This document shows, one piece after another, positions 19,596 through 26,994 of a stretch of 33,462 nt of DNA. The first letter of the stretch is position 1; the number at the start of each line of letters is the position of its first letter. A program made the position numbers and the translations under genes. A model generated the notes under the pieces. That model did not search any database and had not been told where the DNA came from. It saw only the letters and a list, made by a program, of their open reading frames with translations. Source of the DNA: a virus (Duplodnaviria; Caudoviricetes); IMG/VR virus record IMGVR_UViG_3300046115_000156, positions 1-33,462 of that record. One strand, given 5' to 3'.

Positions 19596-19724
19596 CTACC
19601 AGGCAGCCCTACGCTTGCGCAGCCTGTACGCAGTCAATAGCCACTCGTCACCCTGGCGCCTGCGTGAGTGACGACCCCTACGCTTGCGCAGCCATCTATG
19701 AAGTAAGAGAGCCCAAAGGGTCAC
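19596..19724 (-). CDS. Arg-rich microprotein, 42 aa
   Basis: GTGA overlap with terminase stop; MTLWALLLHRWLRKRRGRHSRRRQGDEWLLTAYRLRKRRAAW. Confidence 0.45.
   Translation of the reverse strand: MTLWALLLHRWLRKRRGRHSRRRQGDEWLLTAYRLRKRRAAW
19607..19693. repeat. 18-bp perfect direct repeat (2 copies)
   Basis: CCCTACGCTTGCGCAGCC at 19607-19624 and 19676-19693. Confidence 0.9.
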
Positions 19725-21181
19725 CAGGCATTCATCCCAAGCGACGGCATCGGGTAGTTCGCCGGTGACAGGATCTTGGAACGCCGTTTCTCCCCATCGA
19801 TCAAATGGCGGCAGGCGTGGACCAAGGCATCAAGACGGTCGGGGGAAACCTTGGATGTGATCGGGTCGAAGCCGAGCATCTGCGCTTCCAGCTTCTCGAA
19901 CATGCCGATGTGATGTACCCGGCCCTGCGAGTAGCGCATCGCCACCGGTTCGGCGCGCAGCTTCTTACCCACCGTGGAGAAGGCGGGGACCAGTGGCGGC
20001 TCCATGATGTCAATCGAGAAGACGCCGCTTCGCTGCAGCTCTTTGAAAGCATCCAAAAACACTTCGTGCATCCACGCCTTGCCCAGGTTCGACTCATAAA
20101 CGAGGGTGTCGCATTGATAGCGTTCGAAGACTCTCCATGCGTGCAAAGCCGCGTCGCGGCCGGCGAGACGTGTCGTCTCATCGGCGATGACGAACATGTG
20201 GTCTTCAGCGTCGCGGCACACCACCACGACACCCATCTCGTCGCCGTCATCGCCACCGGTCAGCCCTGGATCCACACCAACGGTGCGGTGAGCAACTTGT
20301 GTCGGGCCGATGCTGACACGGTTGCCATGGATGGACATGTATGTGAAGAGCATGCCTTCCAAGCTGTCCAGCATCTCCCCGTACAGCTCTTGGCGACCTA
20401 GCGCGGTGCCTTCATACATTTTCTTCGCTTCGATGAGGAACGCCTCGGACAGGTTGTCGGCGTTGTCGAAGGTGGAACCACGGGCCATGGACACTGTGCC
20501 GTCCTGCTGGGACAGCCAGTACTGCAGCAGTGGGATCGGCTTGGGGGTCGTGGTGACGAAGGCGCGGGGTTTGTCGCCGGGTAGGTCGGCTCGCAGTGCC
20601 GGGAAGATACCTTCCTTCCACACCGCCATCGGGTCTTCCCATTTGACGGGTTCGTCCAGCCACGCGTCGGCCAGGTTGAAGCCGCGGGGTGCGTCAGGGT
20701 CTGCACCAGTGAAGTGGATCTTCGCCCCGGTTTCCATCAACGTAATGTGCGGTTTGGGCGATTTGGTGTAGTGGAATTTGTTGACCATGTCCCCGCGGTA
20801 GTGGTCCTTGACCTCCTGAAACCCGCGCTTGGACAAGGCTCGCAGGACACCCGAGGCGCCTTCGATGCACACGATGCGGGTGTCAGAAAGGTTGTAGGCC
20901 ACCACCAGGCGCTCGGTGGGAAATCCGGACGAATCGTACGGAAAATCGATGGCCCGCTGCACCAGCCACTCAGCACCTGACCTTGTTTTTCCGCAGCCTC
21001 TGCCGGCGAGGTAAAGGTGCACAGTCCAGGCGCCAGGTGGCGGGACCTGTTCAGGCCGCTGGACGTACCACCAGACTTCGTCGGCCATCTGCTGCAAGGT
21101 TTGGATGTCCAGGGACTCGACGAGCGCGAGCTGATCCGCCTCCGGCATTTCGGAGACGACACGCTTCATCGACTTACCCAT
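19721..21181 (-). CDS. terL: Terminase large subunit, 486 aa
   Basis: Walker A AGRGCGKT, Walker B AWLDE, TTTP, nuclease GVDPG and SPDRLDALVHA. Confidence 0.95.
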   Translation of the reverse strand: MGKSMKRVVSEMPEADQLALVESLDIQTLQQMADEVWWYVQRPEQVPPPGAWTVHLYLAGRGCGKTRSGAEWLVQRAIDFPYDSSGFPTERLVVAYNLSDTRIVCIEGASGVLRALSKRGFQEVKDHYRGDMVNKFHYTKSPKPHITLMETGAKIHFTGADPDAPRGFNLADAWLDEPVKWEDPMAVWKEGIFPALRADLPGDKPRAFVTTTPKPIPLLQYWLSQQDGTVSMARGSTFDNADNLSEAFLIEAKKMYEGTALGRQELYGEMLDSLEGMLFTYMSIHGNRVSIGPTQVAHRTVGVDPGLTGGDDGDEMGVVVVCRDAEDHMFVIADETTRLAGRDAALHAWRVFERYQCDTLVYESNLGKAWMHEVFLDAFKELQRSGVFSIDIMEPPLVPAFSTVGKKLRAEPVAMRYSQGRVHHIGMFEKLEAQMLGFDPITSKVSPDRLDALVHACRHLIDGEKRRSKILSPANYPMPSLGMNAW

Positions 21182-21217
21182 GAAAGTGATCTTAGATGAC
21201 TAAGTAGGTATATACGA

Positions 21218-21901
21218 GTGTCCTATGATTTTGGCGTGGAACTCCAAGCCCAACTCAACGTCACCCGCAGCAGCCACAACTGGTCCTCGCTGCCAGGCAA
21301 CTTTGACCGCAACAACACCCACACCCTGTACCAGTCCAGCAACTCCTGGGGCATCCCGGACCTGCCCGCAACCACAGCAGCCCCGACACGGCTGATCCCC
21401 TACAACGACCGGCACAAGGTGGAACATCCGCAGCCGGGAGACGCGGTGCACTTCTTTCTGGACGACTACCGCTTCGAAACGGTGTGGACCCAGCCGCGGC
21501 GCAGCCTGTCCAGGCTGATGCGTGTCGGCATCAGCCTGACCCCCGACTTTTCCCTGTGGCGGGAGATGCCCCTGGCGATGCAGCTGTGGCAGGTATATAG
21601 GTCACGGTGGTGCGGGGCGTGGATGCACAGCAACGGAGTCGATGTCATCCCCACCTTGTCCTGGTCGACACCGGCCAGCTACGACTTCTGTTTCGCCGGC
21701 ATCCCCGAACACAGCGTCGTTGCCGTGTCGACGGTGGGGATTCGAGGTGATGAGGCGGAGAAGGGCTTCAGCCGTGGCCTGGAAGAGATGCTGCTGTCCT
21801 TGCTGCCCGAAGTTGTCCTGGTGTATGGCCGGTCGCTGGGGGAAGATAAGTTCTACACCAACAACCGGTTCGAATATTTCAAGACACGTTGGGATGAGTA
21901 G
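21218..21901 (+). CDS. DUF4417-like protein, 227 aa
   Basis: VHFFLDDYRFETVW, LTPDFSLW..MP...QLWQVYRSRWCG, VIPTLSWS....YDFCFAGIP, VAVSTVG. Confidence 0.85.
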   Translation: MSYDFGVELQAQLNVTRSSHNWSSLPGNFDRNNTHTLYQSSNSWGIPDLPATTAAPTRLIPYNDRHKVEHPQPGDAVHFFLDDYRFETVWTQPRRSLSRLMRVGISLTPDFSLWREMPLAMQLWQVYRSRWCGAWMHSNGVDVIPTLSWSTPASYDFCFAGIPEHSVVAVSTVGIRGDEAEKGFSRGLEEMLLSLLPEVVLVYGRSLGEDKFYTNNRFEYFKTRWDE

Positions 21902-22240
21902 ATGGGCGGCAGAGGCGGTGCGCCACGCACCAACCTGGCTACTGCTGTAGCTCAGGCCGCTGCTCGTGCCGAAGCCGCCGCTAGCCCTGAGGCTCAGATC
22001 CGTCAGGCGTACGCAGCACTGTCGCAGCGAGAAGGCGAATGGATTCCTCTGGCTGACCTGCGCAAGGCACTATCCGGTCTTAGCAGGGCGCAACAGGATG
22101 ACGCTATGCGCTCAATAGCCGTGAAGCCGGGAGTGCAGATCATCCCCTGGGACAATCGCAACGCTCTTGGTCCGCGGGACCATGCAGCCGCGTTCCGATT
22201 CGGCGGACAGGAAAACCACGCCATTCGGATTGAGGGATAA
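21902..22240 (+). CDS. MGGRGG-leader protein, paralogue 1 (112 aa)
   Basis: ATG directly after the DUF4417 stop; shares its C-terminal domain with the next two genes. Confidence 0.8.
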   Translation: MGGRGGAPRTNLATAVAQAAARAEAAASPEAQIRQAYAALSQREGEWIPLADLRKALSGLSRAQQDDAMRSIAVKPGVQIIPWDNRNALGPRDHAAAFRFGGQENHAIRIEG

Positions 22241-22242
22241 CC

Positions 22243-22629
22243 ATGGGTGGCAGAGGCGGATCCCCGAACCCAGGCCCACAAGCGCCAGCGGCTGTACCGA
22301 CAGCGGCAGGATCTAGCGCTTCATCGGAGGATCAGATTGTTCACGACATTACTGAAGCTTTGCTGAATCGAACCTTCAAGAATGCGGGCGGCCAGGACAT
22401 CACTATCGACATTGCCAGTGTCAGCACGCTGCGTAGCCAGCTCGGCAACTTGGGGTGGAGCCGGGCGCGTCAAGTTGAAGTGATCACAAGGATGGCAAGG
22501 GAACATAAGATCGTGCTGATTCCCGAGTCGAACCAAAAGTCTTTGACACCTAGGCAGCGTGAAGACGCTATCCGGCTTGGCGGCCAGGACAAGCATCTTA
22601 TTGCACGTGGCTCCCAGTGGGGTCGTTGA
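22243..22629 (+). CDS. MGGRGG-leader protein, paralogue 2 (128 aa)
   Basis: MGGRGGSP start; LIPESNQKSLT..QREDAIRLGGQDKHLI. Confidence 0.8.
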   Translation: MGGRGGSPNPGPQAPAAVPTAAGSSASSEDQIVHDITEALLNRTFKNAGGQDITIDIASVSTLRSQLGNLGWSRARQVEVITRMAREHKIVLIPESNQKSLTPRQREDAIRLGGQDKHLIARGSQWGR

Positions 22630-22973
22630 TGGGTGGACGTGGTGGTTCGGGGCGCAGCTCGGCTGCAGTGATCCAGGTGCCTGCCGGGGACGCTAATGCG
22701 ATGGCTGATTTGGACATCCGTGACGCTTACGAGGATGCCCTCAACATCAAAGGTGTTACCGGCAACCGGTGGGTGACGTTGCAGGCGTTGCGTACCGCTT
22801 TGAATGTGCGTGGCATGGACAGGGCACGTCAGGATCGGGAGTTGACGCGGTTCGCCAATGAACGTAAAGGGATCATCATCCCTGAGGAGAATCAGCAGAC
22901 GTTGACGAAGGCGGTTCGCGATGCCGGGCTCAGCTATGGCGGGGATGTCAACCATCTGTTCCGCATCGACTAA
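22629..22973 (+). CDS. MGGRGG-leader protein, paralogue 3 (114 aa)
   Basis: TGATG coupling; MGGRGGSG start; IIPEENQQTLT..VRDAGLSYGGDVNHLFRID. Confidence 0.8.
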   Translation: MGGRGGSGRSSAAVIQVPAGDANAMADLDIRDAYEDALNIKGVTGNRWVTLQALRTALNVRGMDRARQDRELTRFANERKGIIIPEENQQTLTKAVRDAGLSYGGDVNHLFRID

Positions 22974-22977
22974 CCCC

Positions 22978-23006
22978 TTGCCGCTGAACCCCCGAGCTGT
23001 CACACT
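22978..23006 (+). promoter_or_regulatory. Putative promoter of the Ro60 gene
   Basis: TTGCCG-17 nt-CACACT then cGTACTT; same architecture as the promoter at 24818. Confidence 0.4.
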
Positions 23007-23047
23007 CGTACTTTCCGGTGCTTCCTCGGATCAAGGAGTGGATTCCC

Positions 23048-24619
23048 ATGGGCAAGTTCAACACCACCGACAAGCGCGGCCTGCGTACAGGTGGCGTGAT
23101 CAAGACTGCGCAGACACCGACAGCGCTCACCTACAACGGTGCGCCCGGCTACGAGTACGACACCCTGTCCCAGCTGTACCTGCTTGCCGTGAGCAACATG
23201 GTCGGTGAGGACACCTTCTACGAGTCTGCAGGAAACCGTGACGCCCGCTTCTCGCAGCTGATCTTCAAGGCAGTCGACGAAGGACACGTGGAGTGGCTGG
23301 CACGGTTCCTGCCATGGCTGCGCAACAGCGCCAACATGCGCTCAGCCTCCATGATCGGTGGCATCGAAGCAGCAATCGCCATGGTCACCAAGAACGTCCC
23401 TGGTGGCCGACAGATCGTCGACAGCGTCCTGGTCCGCGCTGATGAGCCCGGTGAGGCTTTGGCCTACTTTGTCAGCAACTACGGCCGTTCGATCCCGAAG
23501 CCGATCAAGCGTGGCATCGCCGACGCCTGCGCCCGCCTTTACACGCAGCGCAACACGATCAAATACGACACCGCGTCGAAGGGCTTCCGCTTCGGGCAGG
23601 TGCTCGAACTGGTCCACGCGACACCGGCAAACGAGCTATTCGTCAACGAAGGCCGCAGCCTGTTCACGCACTTGGTGAACCGGGCACACGGCCGCGGCGA
23701 GGACATCTCCGGGCACCTGGGCATGCTGCTGGCACACAAGCAGCTCAACGAAGAGGCGCAGACGCGGCCTGAGGTGCTGCTGAACACGGCACGGCTGCGT
23801 CAGGCAGGCATGACCTGGGAACAGGCCAAGTCCCTCGCCGGCAGCAAAGTCCCTGACAAGGACTTTTGGACAGCGATGATCCCCGAAATGGGGTACATGG
23901 CGCTGCTGCGCAATCTGCGTAACTTCGACGAAGCTGGCATCAGTCGGGACCTGGCAGACGTCGTGGCCACAAAGCTGCGTGACCCTGAGCAGGTGGCCAA
24001 GTCGCGGCAGCTGCCGATGCGGTTCCTGTCCGCCTACCGCAGCGTGCCCAGCAACCGGTGGTCACAGGCACTCGACGACGCTTTGGAGCTGTCGCTGCGC
24101 AGCATCCCCGAGTTCAAAGGGTCCACGCTGATCCTCGTCGACACCTCGGGCTCCATGGGCAGCCCCTTGGCCGGCAAGTCGCAGCTGTTGTGCCGTGACG
24201 CCGCGGCCCTGTTCGGGTTGGCGTTGGCGCGTCGCTGCGAGAACCCGACTGTGGTGACGTTCTCGTCCACCAGCCGCGAGTTCCCGGCGGTCAAAGGTGA
24301 GTCGCTGCTGCGTGCGATGACACGGTTCGAGAAGGACTACTTCTACGGCGGTGGCACAGCCACAGCCATGGCGGTGCAGCGTCACTACCGCAACCACGAT
24401 CGGCTGATCATCCTCACCGACGAACAGGCGAACCCGAACTCTGGCATCTTCGCGCCGGTGCCGCAGAACAAGCTGACGGTCACGTTCAACCTGGCCGGCT
24501 ACAAGGTGGCGCACGCAGCTACTGGTCCTAACCGGATCTCGGTTGGTGGCCTGTCGGATGCGGCGTTCACGATGCTGGCCAGTTTGGACCAGCGGTCGCA
24601 GGGTCGATGGCCGTTCTAG
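23048..24619 (+). CDS. rsr: Ro60/TROVE-domain RNA-binding protein (Rsr), 523 aa
   Basis: AAGGAG RBS; RADEPGE, MGYMALLRNLRNF, SRQLPMRFLSAY, vWA MIDAS LVDTSGSM and ILTDEQ. Confidence 0.93.
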   Translation: MGKFNTTDKRGLRTGGVIKTAQTPTALTYNGAPGYEYDTLSQLYLLAVSNMVGEDTFYESAGNRDARFSQLIFKAVDEGHVEWLARFLPWLRNSANMRSASMIGGIEAAIAMVTKNVPGGRQIVDSVLVRADEPGEALAYFVSNYGRSIPKPIKRGIADACARLYTQRNTIKYDTASKGFRFGQVLELVHATPANELFVNEGRSLFTHLVNRAHGRGEDISGHLGMLLAHKQLNEEAQTRPEVLLNTARLRQAGMTWEQAKSLAGSKVPDKDFWTAMIPEMGYMALLRNLRNFDEAGISRDLADVVATKLRDPEQVAKSRQLPMRFLSAYRSVPSNRWSQALDDALELSLRSIPEFKGSTLILVDTSGSMGSPLAGKSQLLCRDAAALFGLALARRCENPTVVTFSSTSREFPAVKGESLLRAMTRFEKDYFYGGGTATAMAVQRHYRNHDRLIILTDEQANPNSGIFAPVPQNKLTVTFNLAGYKVAHAATGPNRISVGGLSDAAFTMLASLDQRSQGRWPF

Positions 24620-24840
24620 TGGACTACTTGTACACGGACAGGTTCTACGATGATCATCTGTGGCGGGGGCTCAAATGCAGGGCCTGTGACGCCCTGCCGC
24701 AGATGCCATGCCGGTCCAGGAATGGGCGGGAAGTCCGTGTACATTCTGCTCGCCGGCATGATCTGATTGTGGGGAAACTTTGCGAGTGTGGCAGGTGTCT
24801 CAAGGGGCCGAAACCACTTGACAGGACTTCCCAGAACTGA
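24619..24840 (+). CDS. Small zinc-finger protein, 73 aa
   Basis: TAGTG coupling to rsr; CRAC.A.P..PC.......HSAR plus CECGRC. Confidence 0.6.
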   Translation: MDYLYTDRFYDDHLWRGLKCRACDALPQMPCRSRNGREVRVHSARRHDLIVGKLCECGRCLKGPKPLDRTSQN

Positions 24841-24846
24841 CATGCT
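24818..24846 (+). promoter_or_regulatory. Putative promoter of the ncRNA/tRNA cluster
   Basis: TTGACA-17 nt-CATGCT about 20 nt before the first Y-like element. Confidence 0.6.
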
Positions 24847-24867
24847 TGTACTTGTTGAAGCGACGTA

Positions 24868-24940
24868 AGACCCCCAGGTGCGCAGACCACGGATACTTCG
24901 CCATAGAAAACTCCGTGATCATATTGACCTCTGGGGATCT
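24868..24940 (+). ncRNA. Y-RNA-like element 1 (short, no tRNA domain)
   Basis: CCCCAG/CTGGGG closing stem; 5' GGTGCGCAG..CACGGATACTTC; 3' CCGTGATC..TTGACCTC. Confidence 0.6.
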
Positions 24941-25039
24941 GCGGCGGCCCTCGTAACGGGGGGCGGCATGGACCCCCATGTGCGTTGTTTCTTAAAAACT
25001 TCATCCTCTGCGTGAAAGCATGGCAATGCTGCAGAGAAG

Positions 25040-25188
25040 AACCCTGCCAGGTGCGCAGTCGACGGTTACTTCGCATTCGGAGCGCGTAGACCAGGTTCGA
25101 GTCCTGGCCCCGGCACCAACATGCCGGGGGAGTGTATGGGATTAGCACACGTAAAATTTCCGTGGACGACTTGAACTCTGGCAGGGTT
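25040..25188 (+). ncRNA. Y-RNA-like element 2 (YrlA-like, permuted tRNA domain)
   Basis: 11-bp AACCCTGCCAG/CTGGCAGGGTT stem; T-arm CCAGG-TTCGAGT-CCTGG, looped acceptor stem CCCCGGCA/TGCCGGGG, then D-arm; downstream of rsr. Confidence 0.8.
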
Positions 25189-25203
25189 TAACTACTTAAG
25201 AGC

Positions 25204-25296
25204 GCTCCCCGGTGCGCTGGATGCGGATACTTCAAAAACTGTCTCGTAAACAGTTTCCTTTGGGAAACCTCCGCAGCCGTTTAGATCTCGGGGAGC
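25204..25296 (+). ncRNA. Y-RNA-like element 3 (short)
   Basis: GCTCCCCG/CGGGGAGC stem; GGTGCGCTG..GCGGATACTTC and 3' CCGCAG..TAGATCTC; insert forms a small hairpin. Confidence 0.55.
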
Positions 25297-25361
25297 CCCA
25301 CCAAGGCAAGGCGTCCAAGGTGGCACAAGCTGAAACGCAACACCATCAAGAGGAGAGAAAA

Positions 25362-26093
25362 GTGACCAAGCTCCACCAGGTCCTGGCGGTGGTACAAGGC
25401 ACCAAACAGCGCGCACAGCAGGCGCTTACCAAGTTCTATCACCAGGTGCAGAAACCGGAGCCCTTCAGCGGCCTCATCAAAACGTACCGGCCCAAAGACG
25501 AAGATGGCGAACAGCTCCCTGGCGAAGGCGTCCGTGTACAACTCGACGCCGCAGCCCTGCTGCAGAACCTGAAAACGCAACTGGCACCCATGTACAAGGT
25601 GGTCGGCGACATCGACCGCACCAACATGATCGCCGCAGCCAGCGTCATCATCGACGGCAACATCATCCTCGCCGACGTGCCCGTGGCCACGCTGCTGTGG
25701 CTGGAGAAGCAGCTGGCCGACATGCGCACCGTGTTCAACACGCTGCCCACCTTGAACCCCGAGTTCACGTGGGAACGCGACGACGCAACCGGGGTGTGGA
25801 CCACAGCGGAGCGGGTCACCACCCGAGCCAAGAAGATCCCCCGCAACCACGTCAAAGCCAAAGCCACCGACAAGCATCCGGAACAGGTCGAGATCTACTA
25901 CGAAGACGTCAACGTCGGCACCTGGCACACCCGCGGCCTGTCCGGCGCGATGCGCCCCGCCGATGTGCGAGTGTTCCAGGAACGCCTGGAGACGCTGCGT
26001 GACGCAGTGAAAGACGCGCGGGAACGTGCCAACAGCGTCGACGTGCAGCCATTCGACACCGGCGCCGTCCTGGACCACCTGTTCGGGGCGTAA
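25362..26093 (+). CDS. Conserved helical protein of unknown function, 243 aa
   Basis: GAGGAG RBS and GTG; KLHQVLAV...FSGLIKTYRPKDEDGEQLP...VPVATLLWLEKQL...ATDKHPEQV...ARERAN; resembles an actinobacterial hypothetical family. Confidence 0.85.
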   Translation: MTKLHQVLAVVQGTKQRAQQALTKFYHQVQKPEPFSGLIKTYRPKDEDGEQLPGEGVRVQLDAAALLQNLKTQLAPMYKVVGDIDRTNMIAAASVIIDGNIILADVPVATLLWLEKQLADMRTVFNTLPTLNPEFTWERDDATGVWTTAERVTTRAKKIPRNHVKAKATDKHPEQVEIYYEDVNVGTWHTRGLSGAMRPADVRVFQERLETLRDAVKDARERANSVDVQPFDTGAVLDHLFGA

Positions 26094-26229
26094 AGGACTC
26101 CCCGGTTTCGCCGGGGTGAGCACAAGTTCAGGTTGAAGTTGAGATTCACGATCAGCCAAGCCACTCCTGGCGCGGCATCAGGTTCTCGCTCCAAACTGAA
26201 GCATCAACAGCGGGCACGCCGGATCAACC

Positions 26230-26340
26230 AGCAGCAGGCAACGCGATCGCAGGTCCCAGTTCGAATCTGGGCGCCGCTTCCAAACTCGCAGCGGCGTAGG
26301 GTAATGGCAGCCCGGCAACGCATCAGAATGACCTGCTGCT
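26230..26340 (+). ncRNA. Circularly permuted tRNA-like RNA
   Basis: AGCAGCAGG/CCTGCTGCT outer stem; T-arm CCCAG-TTCGAAT-CTGGG, CGCCGCT-TCCA-linker-AGCGGCG acceptor, TA, D-arm GGGT-AATGGCA-GCCC. Confidence 0.7.
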
Positions 26341-26371
26341 TTAAACGTTCGCCGGGGCGCGCCGTGCAGCA

Positions 26372-26444
26372 CTCGATATAGCTCAGTCGGCTGAGCGTCG
26401 GTATTGAGAACCGAAGGTCGCAGGTTCGAATCCTGCTGTCGAAA
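26372..26444 (+). tRNA. Atypical tRNA(-like), anticodon TGA (Ser), no long variable arm
   Basis: D, anticodon (TCGGT-ATTGAGA-ACCGA) and T arms intact; 6-bp acceptor, C1:A72, no CCA. Confidence 0.5.
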
Positions 26445-26519
26445 ACATTTAGCCGGGGGCAGGCAGGGTAGTCTGCTCCCGGCGCCAAACAGGCATCAAA
26501 GCACCACCACATTTTCGTG

Positions 26520-26660
26520 CCCTGGCTGGTGCGACAGTCGACGGTTACTTCACTTTTAATGAAAAGGTTGCGGGTTCGAGTCCCGCCCTGAGGCTGAAAA
26601 TGCCGAAGGTAGCTCAATTGGCCGAGCATTACCGTAGACGACCTTTGAACTCAGCCAGGG
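26520..26660 (+). ncRNA. Y-RNA-like element 4 (YrlA-like, permuted tRNA-Lys domain)
   Basis: CCCTGGCTG/CAGCCAGGG stem; TTCA-CTTTTAA-TGAA anticodon arm, T-arm GCGGG-TTCGAGT-CCCGC, looped acceptor, D-arm GCTC-AATTGGCC-GAGC. Confidence 0.8.
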
Positions 26661-26818
26661 TCAACATCAACCCATGGGAGGTAATAGGATGAAGCGTCCG
26701 ACACGTGGAGGTTCCAGCGGAGACGGTTGCCCGCCACCGCCCCCGCCACCCGGAGGCAGCACCACCACTCACATGAGCTGAAAGCACCATCCGGCACAGC
26801 TCGAATCTGTGCCGGCCT

Positions 26819-26893
26819 CGGGATATGGCCAAACTTGGCTAAGGCGCCTGCTTTGGGAGCAGAAGATTGCAGGTTCAAATCCTGCTATCCCGA
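26819..26893 (+). tRNA. tRNA-Pro(TGG)
   Basis: CGGGATA/TATCCCG acceptor; loop TTTGGGA; T-arm GCAGG-TTCAAAT-CCTGC. Confidence 0.9.
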
Positions 26894-26994
26894 CGCGTCT
26901 ATGAGGGGCGTACTGTGTCCTGGCACGTAGACAAGTGAACACTCCTGGGTCCTAGATCGCAGGTAAGTATCGACGTCAGCTGCCAGGGCACTCT

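Noticed and set aside
23-21199. Many long plus-strand ORFs over the structural operon (e.g. 12482-13960, 15721-16632)
   Set aside because: Antisense shadows of high-GC genes with no motifs; the minus-strand genes tile with coupled starts and stops.
25070-25090. Pro(CGG) assignment for the loop in element 2
   Set aside because: Pairing and G37 favour ATTCGGA (UCG); the assignment remains uncertain.
25212-25361. N-terminal extension of the 293-aa ORF
   Set aside because: Overlaps Y-like element 3; the RBS supports GTG 25362.
26094-26381. In-frame readthrough past the TAA of the 243-aa gene
   Set aside because: The frame is open, but TAA readthrough is rare and the region is better explained as structured RNA.
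24868-26660. Repeated motif read as a CRISPR array
   Set aside because: Irregular spacing, degenerate copies that pair 5' to 3', no cas genes.
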